Assembly: GCA_034439575.1 (NCBI GenBank)
Contig: JAWXAQ010000027.1
Coordinates: 1-64,000 of the forward strand
Direction: 5' to 3'
Origin: Leptospira sp.
GTDB taxonomy: Bacteria > Spirochaetota > Leptospiria > Leptospirales > Leptospiraceae
Length of the DNA stretch: 64,000 nucleotides
Numbering within the stretch: the stretch's first letter is position 1; every line of letters begins with the position of its first letter. Made by a program: the position numbers and the translations under genes. Under the pieces are notes generated by a model. That model saw only the letters and a program-made list of their open reading frames with translations, did no database searches and was not told where the DNA came from. Shown piece by piece: positions 9,957-21,382 of the stretch.

Positions 9957-10655
9957 TCATTCTTTGACTCCCAATATAACATCGATTTGACGACGTTCGA
10001 GTAAAGGATCACCGTTTCTGTCAAAAGTGGGGAAAAAATCTGGTTCACGATTTGTATTATGTAATAGATCTTTCGCCTGTTTGATCTTTTGGTAACAAGC
10101 TTCCATAAAAAGTTGGTGTTGGCATCCGAGGAGGTGGTATCCTTCATGTAATAATGTGGATTTTGGGCTTGTGAAAATGAGTTGTAAGGTAGAAATGTAT
10201 TTTGCTTTGATATAACCCCTTGTATGGGTGTGAGTTTCGACGGCACCTTGTATTTCTAATTTGATTCCAATGCCTGCAAAAATCCCAAGTGTAAAAAATT
10301 CGTATAACATATCACCCCAAGTGCGTCCTTTGAGATAAAGGTAACGATCGCAGTTTTTTGTTAGTGGCAATGTGTATAGATAATTTAAAATATCAGATCC
10401 ATAAAAACCTGGTCTTTCCAGATTGAATTGACTCACATTAGACACTTGTAACTTATAAAGTTGTAACTCTTCATTCCAATAGGAAAATAAGACCTCGATC
10501 TCTTTTTCGGAAATTCCTGGTTCATAAATGGTACATATTTTAATAGTTGCAAGAGTTCCAAAATTCATTTTTTCCCGAATCTGATCTTCGTGAAATCCAA
10601 CTGTCGTACATTGGAAAAACCAAAAACATAATATAACAACTAAATTACGTTCCAT
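9957..10655 (-). CDS. Putative lipoprotein with a metzincin-type zinc-binding motif
   Basis: Signal ending FFQC; HEGYHLLGCQH matches HExxHxxGxxH. Confidence 0.65.
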   Translation of the reverse strand: MERNLVVILCFWFFQCTTVGFHEDQIREKMNFGTLATIKICTIYEPGISEKEIEVLFSYWNEELQLYKLQVSNVSQFNLERPGFYGSDILNYLYTLPLTKNCDRYLYLKGRTWGDMLYEFFTLGIFAGIGIKLEIQGAVETHTHTRGYIKAKYISTLQLIFTSPKSTLLHEGYHLLGCQHQLFMEACYQKIKQAKDLLHNTNREPDFFPTFDRNGDPLLERRQIDVILGVKE

Positions 10656-10666
10656 AGAAATTGAGT

Positions 10667-11401
10667 TTATTCGTTAGAGGTTAATTTTAATAAAACATCC
10701 GCATACCAAGAGCAATTTAGATTGAGACGATCATCTTCGATTTTGTCACGAGTCAAAATATCCATTCTGGATGTATGAATTCCAATCAATTGCCAATTCA
10801 AATCACCTTTTAAATTTTCGTTTTTTTCTCTGCGAATCACAACAGGTGCTCCACTTGTCCCTCGGTGCATTTGTGCATCTGTTAAAAAATAACCGTGACC
10901 TTGAAATCGGATCCCAAATGAAGATGCGATAAGGGCATTTCTTGCTACAGGAAGTTTGTGCAATGTATCGTAAAAACCTAAGGGAAATCCTGCGATCACA
11001 GCCGATGTTCCCACTCCAATTTCAGAAGTCGGATTTACCATATGGTCTATGTTAAATGATCGTAAAAAAACACTTTCACCCAGAGCTTTTCTATCCAATT
11101 CTATGGCACAAACATCTACGAGTCCCTCTGAATCGTAAGATTCTTTCCATAATGGTTTGCCATCTTTGTACAAGGGAATGGAAAAATCTGTCGTCAAAGT
11201 AATGTTTGTCGGATTGATGTGTAAGTTAATGACTAATATATTAGGTTTGTGTCCCGTACTTTCATCTAACACTACATGCCTAGCTGTAATCAAAAAAAGT
11301 GACTTGCCTCTTTCAAAGAAAAATCCTGTAGCTTTTGTCAGCTCTTGTGCATGAAACTTCGTCGAGACGCTAGTTAAAGTTAATAATAATGGTTCAATCA
11401 A
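10667..11401 (-). CDS. Trypsin-like serine protease
   Basis: ITARHVV (His), VDVCAI (Asp), GTSGAPV (Ser), LIGIH. Confidence 0.85.
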   Translation of the reverse strand: MIEPLLLTLTSVSTKFHAQELTKATGFFFERGKSLFLITARHVVLDESTGHKPNILVINLHINPTNITLTTDFSIPLYKDGKPLWKESYDSEGLVDVCAIELDRKALGESVFLRSFNIDHMVNPTSEIGVGTSAVIAGFPLGFYDTLHKLPVARNALIASSFGIRFQGHGYFLTDAQMHRGTSGAPVVIRREKNENLKGDLNWQLIGIHTSRMDILTRDKIEDDRLNLNCSWYADVLLKLTSNE

Positions 11402-11470
11402 AGAATATTATACCTTAAATCCTAATCTAAGATGATCCTCTACTTTGGCAAGAAGAGAGTAGTCTTGATA

Positions 11471-12811
11471 TCACCATGAAGATTCTTGTCCATTCGGTCG
11501 AATGATGGATATGTGATTGCCCGAAGAAAGCCCTATCACTTCTTTCCGTGTTGGATGTGTGTCAAAAATATTTGGATTCACATAGTTTTCTTCTTCATCG
11601 GAAGAAAATAGAAGTTGTCCGGTGCTTACGTCTGCTATAAAAAATTTGGCCGAAGAAAACATTCCACCTAATACAACTATGCTATCAGATGGAGATTTGA
11701 CTTTGCCAGCATCAAAGAAACTAGAACGAAAGATTTCTTTTTTTGTATCTTTATTGAATGCATAAAATTGAATATAACCTCCCTCTGTTCCAGCGGATAC
11801 AAAAATATTTTTTCCGTTAGGTGAAATGGCAAGCCCTCGAACTGATTGCCTATCTTTTATATCTAAATCAGGGGAATCACTTTTGGGAATATAAATAATT
11901 TTTCCACAAGCTTTGTCTTCAATAAGAGGGGTATTGAAATTTTTTGTCATAATGGATTCGTCTATTTCATGGATACGTCCATGCGAAGTACCAAATAACA
12001 CTGATTTGTTTGAGGATGAGTATGCGTAAGGAAATTGGAAATGACCTATCTCAAATCCTCCAGGTTGATCAAAGTTAGCTGTTTCTGGATCTGCCACCAA
12101 TTGAAAATCTTGTAATTTTTTCCCGCTGGAAGTGTCATAAATAATGAGTCGCCTATCATAAAAATGTGGGCCGTCCATATTGTGTTTATATGTAGCTAGA
12201 ATCTTTTTACCACCCTCAATAAACATGGCACTATCTATTGTCATAATCCAATTGAAACCTATGCCATCTTCTTCTCTTCGTTTTTCTTCCTCGGTTCCAG
12301 GATAGCGGTAATCCACAGCGGCTCTTTCACTATAAAATAAGGATTGTAAGACGGGGAATTTTTTTAGGATATTTCCATTGTTTGCGGACCGCAAAACCAA
12401 AAATCTTTCAGAAGCCTGGACTTCTGGATTTGACATTCCAAAACTTAGAAAATGTTTCCCATCATAAGATACATCAAAAATTTCTGGTCCATCAAATTCT
12501 TTTTGGTACATCATTTTAGCTGGAGCTTTCCAAAGTTTTTTACCACTTTCTAAATCAATTCGAAATAGATTAAAATTTGTCGTACCTATGATCACCGATT
12601 TCCCATCGGCATGGTAGCGGAGACTGAAAATACTTTCACCGTCCAAGTCGGGCTCTATTTGGCGAATTACCTTCCAAGCCGAATTTACAGGGGCTATATT
12701 TGTGCCTTCTCTTTTGATTTTTGGGAAACGAAGAGCCTGGGCGAAAAGGAGAATAGGTAAGATAAAAAGTAAGATAATGATATGTATTTTTTTCACGATC
12801 TTTGGTAACAA
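11471..12811 (-). CDS. Exported WD40/PQQ-like beta-propeller protein
   Basis: Signal peptide; blade-like motifs ADGKSV, SGKKLWK, SYDGKHF, SPNGKNIF. Confidence 0.65.
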   Translation of the reverse strand: MLPKIVKKIHIIILLFILPILLFAQALRFPKIKREGTNIAPVNSAWKVIRQIEPDLDGESIFSLRYHADGKSVIIGTTNFNLFRIDLESGKKLWKAPAKMMYQKEFDGPEIFDVSYDGKHFLSFGMSNPEVQASERFLVLRSANNGNILKKFPVLQSLFYSERAAVDYRYPGTEEEKRREEDGIGFNWIMTIDSAMFIEGGKKILATYKHNMDGPHFYDRRLIIYDTSSGKKLQDFQLVADPETANFDQPGGFEIGHFQFPYAYSSSNKSVLFGTSHGRIHEIDESIMTKNFNTPLIEDKACGKIIYIPKSDSPDLDIKDRQSVRGLAISPNGKNIFVSAGTEGGYIQFYAFNKDTKKEIFRSSFFDAGKVKSPSDSIVVLGGMFSSAKFFIADVSTGQLLFSSDEEENYVNPNIFDTHPTRKEVIGLSSGNHISIIRPNGQESSW

Positions 12812-12869
12812 ATTTTTTAAGTCTCGTCAAGTGATTCATGATAGAAAAATTTTTTTCGGACTTGATTGA

Positions 12870-13868
12870 TTGGAAAGTATAGGTACAGAATGCTCGGAAT
12901 TCGTACTAATGCACATGGATCCTGAAAATAAAATCAAAGACCTGGAGGACAAATTAGCAGTACTCACACTTGCTTATCATAAACTGCAAAGCGCAGATAT
13001 GAAATACCGCCAATTCATAGAAAATTCAAATGATATCATATTTTCTTTGGATAGTGACCTAAATGTCTTAATGGTAAACAAAAGGATCAAGGATCATTTG
13101 GGAATCAGTCCCCTTGATGTGATTGGAAAATCATTTTTTGATCTAATTTATATTTCTCCATTCCAAACAGAAAGTTTAGAGAAATTATTCATTTTAGAAA
13201 AAGTAGAACAAATGTTAGGTAGCCTAACACGATCAACACTTCGTATCACTTTTTCAACACATATTGGTGAACCAAAAGAGATGGATCTCTACTTAGAACA
13301 AATTCAAACGGATGTCGACTTTGGAATTCTTGGTCGAGCTACTCCAGTTTTGGATGATACCACTTTGTTATATTGTGAATCCGAAAGAAAGAAATATATC
13401 ATAGGAAATTTTATCAATGTGGCTGATGAAGTTTGCAATCGTATAACAATGAATTTAGGAAAGTATGTATTACCAGACATTGCCCTCGGAATCAAAATTT
13501 GTTTGCGAGAAATGATTATTAATGCGATCGAACATGGAAACTTAAATATTTCTTATGATGAGAAAACGAAAATGAAAGAATCCGGCAAATACCTGCAATT
13601 TTTAAGAAATAGACAAATTGATTCAGATTTCCATGAGAAAAAAGTGATTATAGATTATACTTTAACACCGGAAGCTGTTACGTATCTAATCACAGATGAA
13701 GGGAAGGGCTTTGACCATATCAATATGATCAAACTGGCAGGTGAATCCATAGAAAAAAATATTTCTCATGGCCGTGGTATATTTATGACACTGAATACTT
13801 TTGATATTGTAAGATACAATCAAACAGGAAATGAAGTTTTTTTGAGTAAGTCATTCAAACAGACATAA
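12870..13868 (+). CDS. PAS domain plus RsbW-like HATPase (anti-sigma/Ser kinase type) protein; start may be ATG 12909 or 12915
   Basis: YRQFIENSNDIIFSLD...VIGKSF (PAS); LREMIINAIEHGN, DEGKGFD and GRGIF (N, G1, G2 boxes); no HisKA H-box seen. Confidence 0.82.
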   Translation: MESIGTECSEFVLMHMDPENKIKDLEDKLAVLTLAYHKLQSADMKYRQFIENSNDIIFSLDSDLNVLMVNKRIKDHLGISPLDVIGKSFFDLIYISPFQTESLEKLFILEKVEQMLGSLTRSTLRITFSTHIGEPKEMDLYLEQIQTDVDFGILGRATPVLDDTTLLYCESERKKYIIGNFINVADEVCNRITMNLGKYVLPDIALGIKICLREMIINAIEHGNLNISYDEKTKMKESGKYLQFLRNRQIDSDFHEKKVIIDYTLTPEAVTYLITDEGKGFDHINMIKLAGESIEKNISHGRGIFMTLNTFDIVRYNQTGNEVFLSKSFKQT

Positions 13869-14636
13869 ACCAAAAATTCCTATATCATATGTGCAAGTTG
13901 ATGAAGCAAATTCTGAAGTAGAAAAGACCCAAGAATAATTATTACTCATTTGGTTGCCCGCTAAATCTTTGATTCCATTCCTAACGATAGCGATATAAGC
14001 ATTACTTGCTATTAAATTTGATGCTGGTTTAAACGATAAGCTTTGATTTTGAATGCTAAGGGAACCTGGGGGATTTCCTTGTAGAGCAAAATTGTTTCCA
14101 GTAATTGATGTAGGGTCAATGACTTCATTAAAATTAACGACGATATTTGCATTAATAGGGAAATTAATTTCACCACTCTCTGGAGATGTTGACAATATCG
14201 TGGGAGGCACATTGTCTATTTCTGATCCGGTCGAAAATTGAAATTCATAAGCCTTATTCAATCCATTCTCTGCTAATATAGAAATTAGATATGTAGTATT
14301 CGCCAAAAAATTGGTATTAGGTGTAAAAACGACATATTTACCATTATTAATAAATACACCCTCTATAAGCTCTTGATTCGAAAAGGAAGTAATTTTTATT
14401 TGTTCTTTGGAAAATGAATATACGTTTTTATTAAATCCTATGAATACATTTGTATTTCTGAAATTTTTCGTAGATTGATTCTTTGGTACTACACTTGTCA
14501 CTTCTAAAATACTCTCATCTCTAAATAATAAGGAAATCATTTTCAATAGGAATGTTTTATCTCTATCATTCTCATCTTTCCAAAGAGTGCATGATGAAAA
14601 AATAATCAAAAAAATTAAAATTAATAATTTTTTCAT
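13851..14636 (-). CDS. Lipoprotein with two bacterial Ig-like (Big_5-type) domains
   Basis: Lipobox IFSSC; repeats containing FTPNTNFLANTTY...FST and DNVPPTILSTSP...FNEVID...IKDLAGN...FST. Confidence 0.8.
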   Translation of the reverse strand: MKKLLILIFLIIFSSCTLWKDENDRDKTFLLKMISLLFRDESILEVTSVVPKNQSTKNFRNTNVFIGFNKNVYSFSKEQIKITSFSNQELIEGVFINNGKYVVFTPNTNFLANTTYLISILAENGLNKAYEFQFSTGSEIDNVPPTILSTSPESGEINFPINANIVVNFNEVIDPTSITGNNFALQGNPPGSLSIQNQSLSFKPASNLIASNAYIAIVRNGIKDLAGNQMSNNYSWVFSTSEFASSTCTYDIGIFGLCLFE

Positions 14637-14638
14637 TT

Positions 14639-15883
14639 CTAAAACCTTAATCCATATTCTACATTAAATATATTTTCTTTTTGATAACTATAAAGTGAAT
14701 GTGACCTTAGATGTGTATCCAATTTTAAAAAATATAAATTAGTCTCAGATTTTGAATTTGAAGGCAAAAAATATGCATCAGCTAAATTTATTATATAAAA
14801 TATTGCTAATAAAGAAAGCGCAGATTGAGACTCTTTTTTTGATTCTACTAATTCTTTATAACGATAGTTTTCATTGTATAGGGTGATTAAATCAATCGGA
14901 GTATTCCATGAAACTAAAAATAAATTTTGACTTTGTTTGTAATTTTCTTGTTCTTCCAAATAAGATTGGTAAGAAATAATATTTTGTAATATTAGTCCAA
15001 TGAAAATTCCATTGAATAAATAGGATTTATATTTTTGTGAATTTTGTTTTCGATCTACAGAATATAAATATTGTCCATAACCTGGGAAAAGAGCCGAATT
15101 CTTTATATAAGAAAAATTTTTAATTGAAAATTTAGATTTATATTCTACGTCAAAGTATTCTAATATTCCACCGGCTACTTTTTTGGCAAATTTTTCACTC
15201 GCAGATGGAATCATATTGGCATTGAATGCAATTTCTGATTCAGCAAAATCAATTTTGTTTTGTACCGGATCTATAATAGAACCATTAATAAAATACCTAG
15301 ATTCAATTTTTGTTACTTTCCCGGTTAAGATACGATTTGCATTTAACAATTCGCCGAGTTTGTTTGAACAATCTTTTAATCCTTTTTTACAGTCTTCATT
15401 ATATTTTTCCTGTTCTAATTTTGTGCGAGCTAATGTCTGTTTATCGATAATTTCGAATAAATTTGTTTTTACTAAATTTGTGATAATTATTTCTATAATC
15501 GTTTCTAATTCTCCATTTTGGACTCCGCTACCTGCTTGAAAATTTATAATGGCAAGACGTGGTTTTGATCCAATTTCTGTTTCCCAGTCAAATTGATTTT
15601 GAAGAGATTCAGCAATTCGAATGCGCTCATTCGTTAATTCTGAATCAATATTTTTTGTTTCTAATTTTAAATTTTCCGTTTTAGAAAGTATTGGTTTTAA
15701 TTTAACAGAGGCAACTGCTGATTTTGGGAAAATCTTTTGAACACCATTATCAGTAATGATTACGGATTCACTTTGAATTTCGGTTTTTACATTTTCGAAT
15801 ATTTTTCCGTTTTTGAGTTTTATGGTATCTGCAACAATATTGCATGCTGAAATTGTAACAAGGAATAGAATTTTCAACCACAT
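14639..15883 (-). CDS. Exported/membrane protein with a CsgG/TolB-N-like central domain
   Basis: Signal peptide; DTIKLKNGK N-terminal domain; RLAIINF...FEIIDK...LGELLNANRILTGKV; SALFPGYGQ followed by TM segments. Confidence 0.6.
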   Translation of the reverse strand: MWLKILFLVTISACNIVADTIKLKNGKIFENVKTEIQSESVIITDNGVQKIFPKSAVASVKLKPILSKTENLKLETKNIDSELTNERIRIAESLQNQFDWETEIGSKPRLAIINFQAGSGVQNGELETIIEIIITNLVKTNLFEIIDKQTLARTKLEQEKYNEDCKKGLKDCSNKLGELLNANRILTGKVTKIESRYFINGSIIDPVQNKIDFAESEIAFNANMIPSASEKFAKKVAGGILEYFDVEYKSKFSIKNFSYIKNSALFPGYGQYLYSVDRKQNSQKYKSYLFNGIFIGLILQNIISYQSYLEEQENYKQSQNLFLVSWNTPIDLITLYNENYRYKELVESKKESQSALSLLAIFYIINLADAYFLPSNSKSETNLYFLKLDTHLRSHSLYSYQKENIFNVEYGLRF

Positions 15884-16118
15884 GAATGATTATTATCGTA
15901 TATAAATATCTAAGTTGAGTCAAGTCTTTCCAAGTTATTTTACGCCATTGCTATATAGTTTTCTAATGGATTTGAAATATGTCGTTAGAAAATATACTTG
16001 AAAAAATTTTGAAAATAAATGAAATGATTGAGTTAACATCTTATAACTTTAGTGAATTTTTTAAAAATAAACCTTTGTTAGGAATACTGAAAATTTATAT
16101 ATTGATTAGGAAAATTGT

Positions 16119-16793
16119 ATGGAAAAATCTTTAATATCATTTTTGTCTGTTTTCTTTAAAGGATTTATTTTGGGTCTTGGTATTGTATTAGGTATTACAA
16201 GTATGACATTATTTGCAGTAACAGTATCTGGCTCTATAAATTCTTTTTTTAGTGGCCAAGTGGTAAAAGCATCTGATATTAATACTAACTTTACAAGTTT
16301 AAAGACTGCCATCGAGTCTATACCTGATTGGACAAAGAGTGGTGTGAATGCTGTTTTTTCATCAGGCTCTGTTTTTATTAACACATCCTCACAGGCAAAT
16401 TCAGCGACACTAACAATAAATGGAAGGATTTCTTCGAGCACCTTAGGTGTGTATTGCGGTACGACTTCTGCGACTTATACTGGAAATATCGGTGGTTATG
16501 CCACAGCAAAATCATTATGCGAGGCTGCATCAGTATGTAATAATGTCAATGCACATATGTGTTCTGCGCATGAATTAACAATATCAAGGCAATTGGGTAT
16601 TAGTATCTCTGGAAATACTTGGTTCTCTTCACACGCCTATTGGGTCGGCGCTGATCCTGTCATTTTTGTGACTGATTGTGAAGGATGGACTTCAAACTCA
16701 GCCTCTATCGGTGGTTCATTTAATAATCCTTCAAGCACCTACGGCTCTTGGAATTATTGCAGTAATTCATATCGAATTGCTTGTTGTTTATAA
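16119..16793 (+). CDS. Exported Cys-rich protein with a C-type-lectin/endostatin-like (DUF1554-like) C-terminal domain
   Basis: Hydrophobic N-terminus; GNIGGYATAKSLC, AHMC, CEGWTS, terminal IACCL. Confidence 0.55.
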   Translation: MEKSLISFLSVFFKGFILGLGIVLGITSMTLFAVTVSGSINSFFSGQVVKASDINTNFTSLKTAIESIPDWTKSGVNAVFSSGSVFINTSSQANSATLTINGRISSSTLGVYCGTTSATYTGNIGGYATAKSLCEAASVCNNVNAHMCSAHELTISRQLGISISGNTWFSSHAYWVGADPVIFVTDCEGWTSNSASIGGSFNNPSSTYGSWNYCSNSYRIACCL

Positions 16794-16828
16794 ATTCTTT
16801 ATATTGCAAAAAGCAAAGCATTCTTTGA

Positions 16829-18853
<2,025 letters not shown>

Positions 18854-18866
18854 ATTTTTTTCAGAA

Positions 18867-18895
18867 CGCTACTTGTCAACTAACGACAAGTAGCG
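18867..18895. terminator. Perfect 11-bp hairpin at the convergence of fadH and the small lipoprotein gene
   Basis: CGCTACTTGTC-aactaac-GACAAGTAGCG; no strong U-tract on either strand. Confidence 0.5.
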
Positions 18896-19059
18896 ATAGT
18901 TCCGTCTGGATTGTATTTTACACTGGCACCAGAAGTGAACTGAATGTATTTGACTCCGTCGATACATACTTCGTCCGATCCGAAGTATTTAGCACAACCT
19001 CTAGATAAAGTTCCACATCCTACAAATAACAGAGACAATACGATGATTATTTTTTTCAT
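18880..19059 (-). CDS. Small 59-aa putative lipoprotein (shorter than any ORF in the track)
   Basis: Manual translation: MKKIIIVLSLLFVGCGTLSRGCAKYFGSDEVCIDGVKYIQFTSGASVKYNPDGTIATCR*; lipobox FVGC. Confidence 0.8.
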   Translation of the reverse strand: MKKIIIVLSLLFVGCGTLSRGCAKYFGSDEVCIDGVKYIQFTSGASVKYNPDGTIATCR

Positions 19060-19247
19060 TCTAAACCAAAATTAAATCTTTTAAATAATTACAGCTACTG
19101 ATTTTTTTTGATTCAGTAAATTTGATAGGAAAATTAAAAATTTTTAGAGAGTTTTTTAACAGTGTTTATTCTATAAAAAATCCCTTTACAGTAAATCGCA
19201 GAATGTTATCAATTTCCTTCTAAGAACTAAATCTAGAAGGATTAAAC

Positions 19248-20951
19248 GTGAATCTCTTAAACCCCAAAAAAGAAAAGTATGCTCATCTTGATGAAAAATC
19301 TCGTAATTTGATGTTAAAGACCATTGAATTTTTTGAAACCAAAGGCAAACAAAAAGTATTGAAAGATGATCATGATAAGGTTTGGTATGCTGACTTTTTA
19401 GAATTTGTGAAAAAAGAAAAAGCCTTTGCGATTCTAATGACGCCAAGTGGTTATGGGGCTAGTGATTCCAGATGGGATAGCAATCGTATCATGGCCTTCA
19501 ATGAAATATTAGGGTTTTATGGATTATGTTATTGGTATACTTGGCAAGTATCCATGTTAGGTGTTGGGCCGATATGGATCAGTAAAAATGAAACGATTAA
19601 GAAAAAAACTGCCAAATTATTAGAAGATGGTGAGATATTTGCTTTTGGTTTATCAGAAAAAGAACACGGTGCTGATTTAATCGGCAGTGACATGATGCTC
19701 ATTCCCAATGGTGATGGAACATACAAAGCGAGTGGAGATAAGTTTTATATAGGTAACGGTAATAAGGCGGCGATCGTTTCTACATTCGGAAAAATGTCTG
19801 ATACTGGGGAATTTGTATTTTTTGGAGTGAATTCGCAACATCCAAAATATGAACTAAAACCAAATATTGTTACATCACAAAACTACGTTGCCGAATTCGA
19901 ATTGCACGATTATCCGATCACAGAAGACGATATTATCTCCAAAGGAAGGGCCGCTTGGGACACTTCACTTGCCACCATCGCGTTTTGTAAATTTAATTTA
20001 GGTTGGGGAAGTGTTGGAATTTGTACTCATGCTTTTTATGAAGCCTTAAATCATGCTTCGCATAGAAAATTATTCAATCAGTATGTCACAGACTTTACTC
20101 ATATCAAACAAATATTCATGGATTGTTTTTCTCGTTTAACAGCTATGAAGTTGTTTTCCATGAGAGCCACTGATTATATGAGAACAGGCTCAGCCACAGA
20201 CAAACGTTATTTGTTATTTAATCCTATGGAAAAAATGAAAGTCACAACGCAAGGTGAAGAAGTTGTGATTGGGCTTTGGGATGTGATCGCAGCCAAGGGA
20301 GTAAACAAAGATACTTATTTTGAAATGGCAATTCGTGATATTCAAATGTTGCCAAGACTTGAGGGAACAGTACATGTAAATATGATTCTGATTATGCGGT
20401 TCATGCAGAATTATTTTTTCAAATCGGATGCTTCTTTGCCAAATATTCCCCGCGTTTATGACATAAAAGATGATACTTATTTATTCAATCAAGGTGCGAC
20501 GACGAAAGGATTTGATAAGATAGTTTTTCACGATTATAAAATTGCTTATGATAGTTACAACCTACCAAATATTTCTGTATTCAAAGAACAAATCCAAATG
20601 TTCAAAGAATACTTAGAAAAAGCGGCACCAAGTAAAGAACAATCAGCTGATTTAGGTTATATGTTGACAGTTGGGGAAATTTTTACACTAGTTGCCTATG
20701 GCCAATTGGTACTCGAAAGTGCTAAATTAGAAAACACGAATGAAGACTTAATTGATCAAATTTTTGATTTTTTGATACGCGATTTTTCCAAATTTGCAAC
20801 GCAATTGTTTTCAAAACCAACAAGTACGAGTGCACAACAGGAAATTTGTTTGAAGATGTTGAAAAAGCCTGTCGCAAACGAAGAAAGATTTCAGCGCATT
20901 TACAAGGAACAGTTGTTAACTTTGGCCGACACATATGAAATGAATCCTTAA
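19248..20951 (+). CDS. Acyl-CoA dehydrogenase family protein
   Basis: AFGLSEKEHGADL, GDKFYIGNG, PRLEGT. Confidence 0.92.
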   Translation: MNLLNPKKEKYAHLDEKSRNLMLKTIEFFETKGKQKVLKDDHDKVWYADFLEFVKKEKAFAILMTPSGYGASDSRWDSNRIMAFNEILGFYGLCYWYTWQVSMLGVGPIWISKNETIKKKTAKLLEDGEIFAFGLSEKEHGADLIGSDMMLIPNGDGTYKASGDKFYIGNGNKAAIVSTFGKMSDTGEFVFFGVNSQHPKYELKPNIVTSQNYVAEFELHDYPITEDDIISKGRAAWDTSLATIAFCKFNLGWGSVGICTHAFYEALNHASHRKLFNQYVTDFTHIKQIFMDCFSRLTAMKLFSMRATDYMRTGSATDKRYLLFNPMEKMKVTTQGEEVVIGLWDVIAAKGVNKDTYFEMAIRDIQMLPRLEGTVHVNMILIMRFMQNYFFKSDASLPNIPRVYDIKDDTYLFNQGATTKGFDKIVFHDYKIAYDSYNLPNISVFKEQIQMFKEYLEKAAPSKEQSADLGYMLTVGEIFTLVAYGQLVLESAKLENTNEDLIDQIFDFLIRDFSKFATQLFSKPTSTSAQQEICLKMLKKPVANEERFQRIYKEQLLTLADTYEMNP

Positions 20952-20954
20952 TTC

Positions 20955-21380
20955 ATGAAATTAAAATTCCAAAATCCGGAAGTAGCCGAGGTATTTTTTA
21001 AATACCAAGGCACTGTCCGAGAAAAATTATTAGAGTTAAGAGCATTGATTTTCCAGATTGCAGAAAAACATAAGGAAATTGGCCCCCTGGAAGAAACCTT
21101 GAAATGGGGGGAGCCAAGTTATTTAACAACTCAGTCTAAGTCTGGTTCTACGATTCGAATTCATCATGTTAAAAATAACCCAAATGAATACGCAATTTTT
21201 TTTAATTGTAAAACAACACTTGTTGATTCCTTTAAAGAGAAATATGAATATAAATTTAAGTTTGGTGGCAACCGAGCCATTTATTTTGATATAAACAAAT
21301 CTCTGCCAAATAAAGAGCTAATGGATTGTATCTATTTGGCATTGACTTACAATTTAAAAAACAAAAAGGCTAAAAATTGA
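20955..21380 (+). CDS. DUF1801 (YdhG-like) protein
   Basis: LLELRALI...LEETLKWGEPSY...GNRAI. Confidence 0.85.
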   Translation: MKLKFQNPEVAEVFFKYQGTVREKLLELRALIFQIAEKHKEIGPLEETLKWGEPSYLTTQSKSGSTIRIHHVKNNPNEYAIFFNCKTTLVDSFKEKYEYKFKFGGNRAIYFDINKSLPNKELMDCIYLALTYNLKNKKAKN

Positions 21381-21382
21381 AA

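Noticed and set aside
16119-16793. Lectin-like protein as a diversity-generating retroelement target
   Set aside because: No reverse transcriptase and no template-repeat copy recognised in the window.
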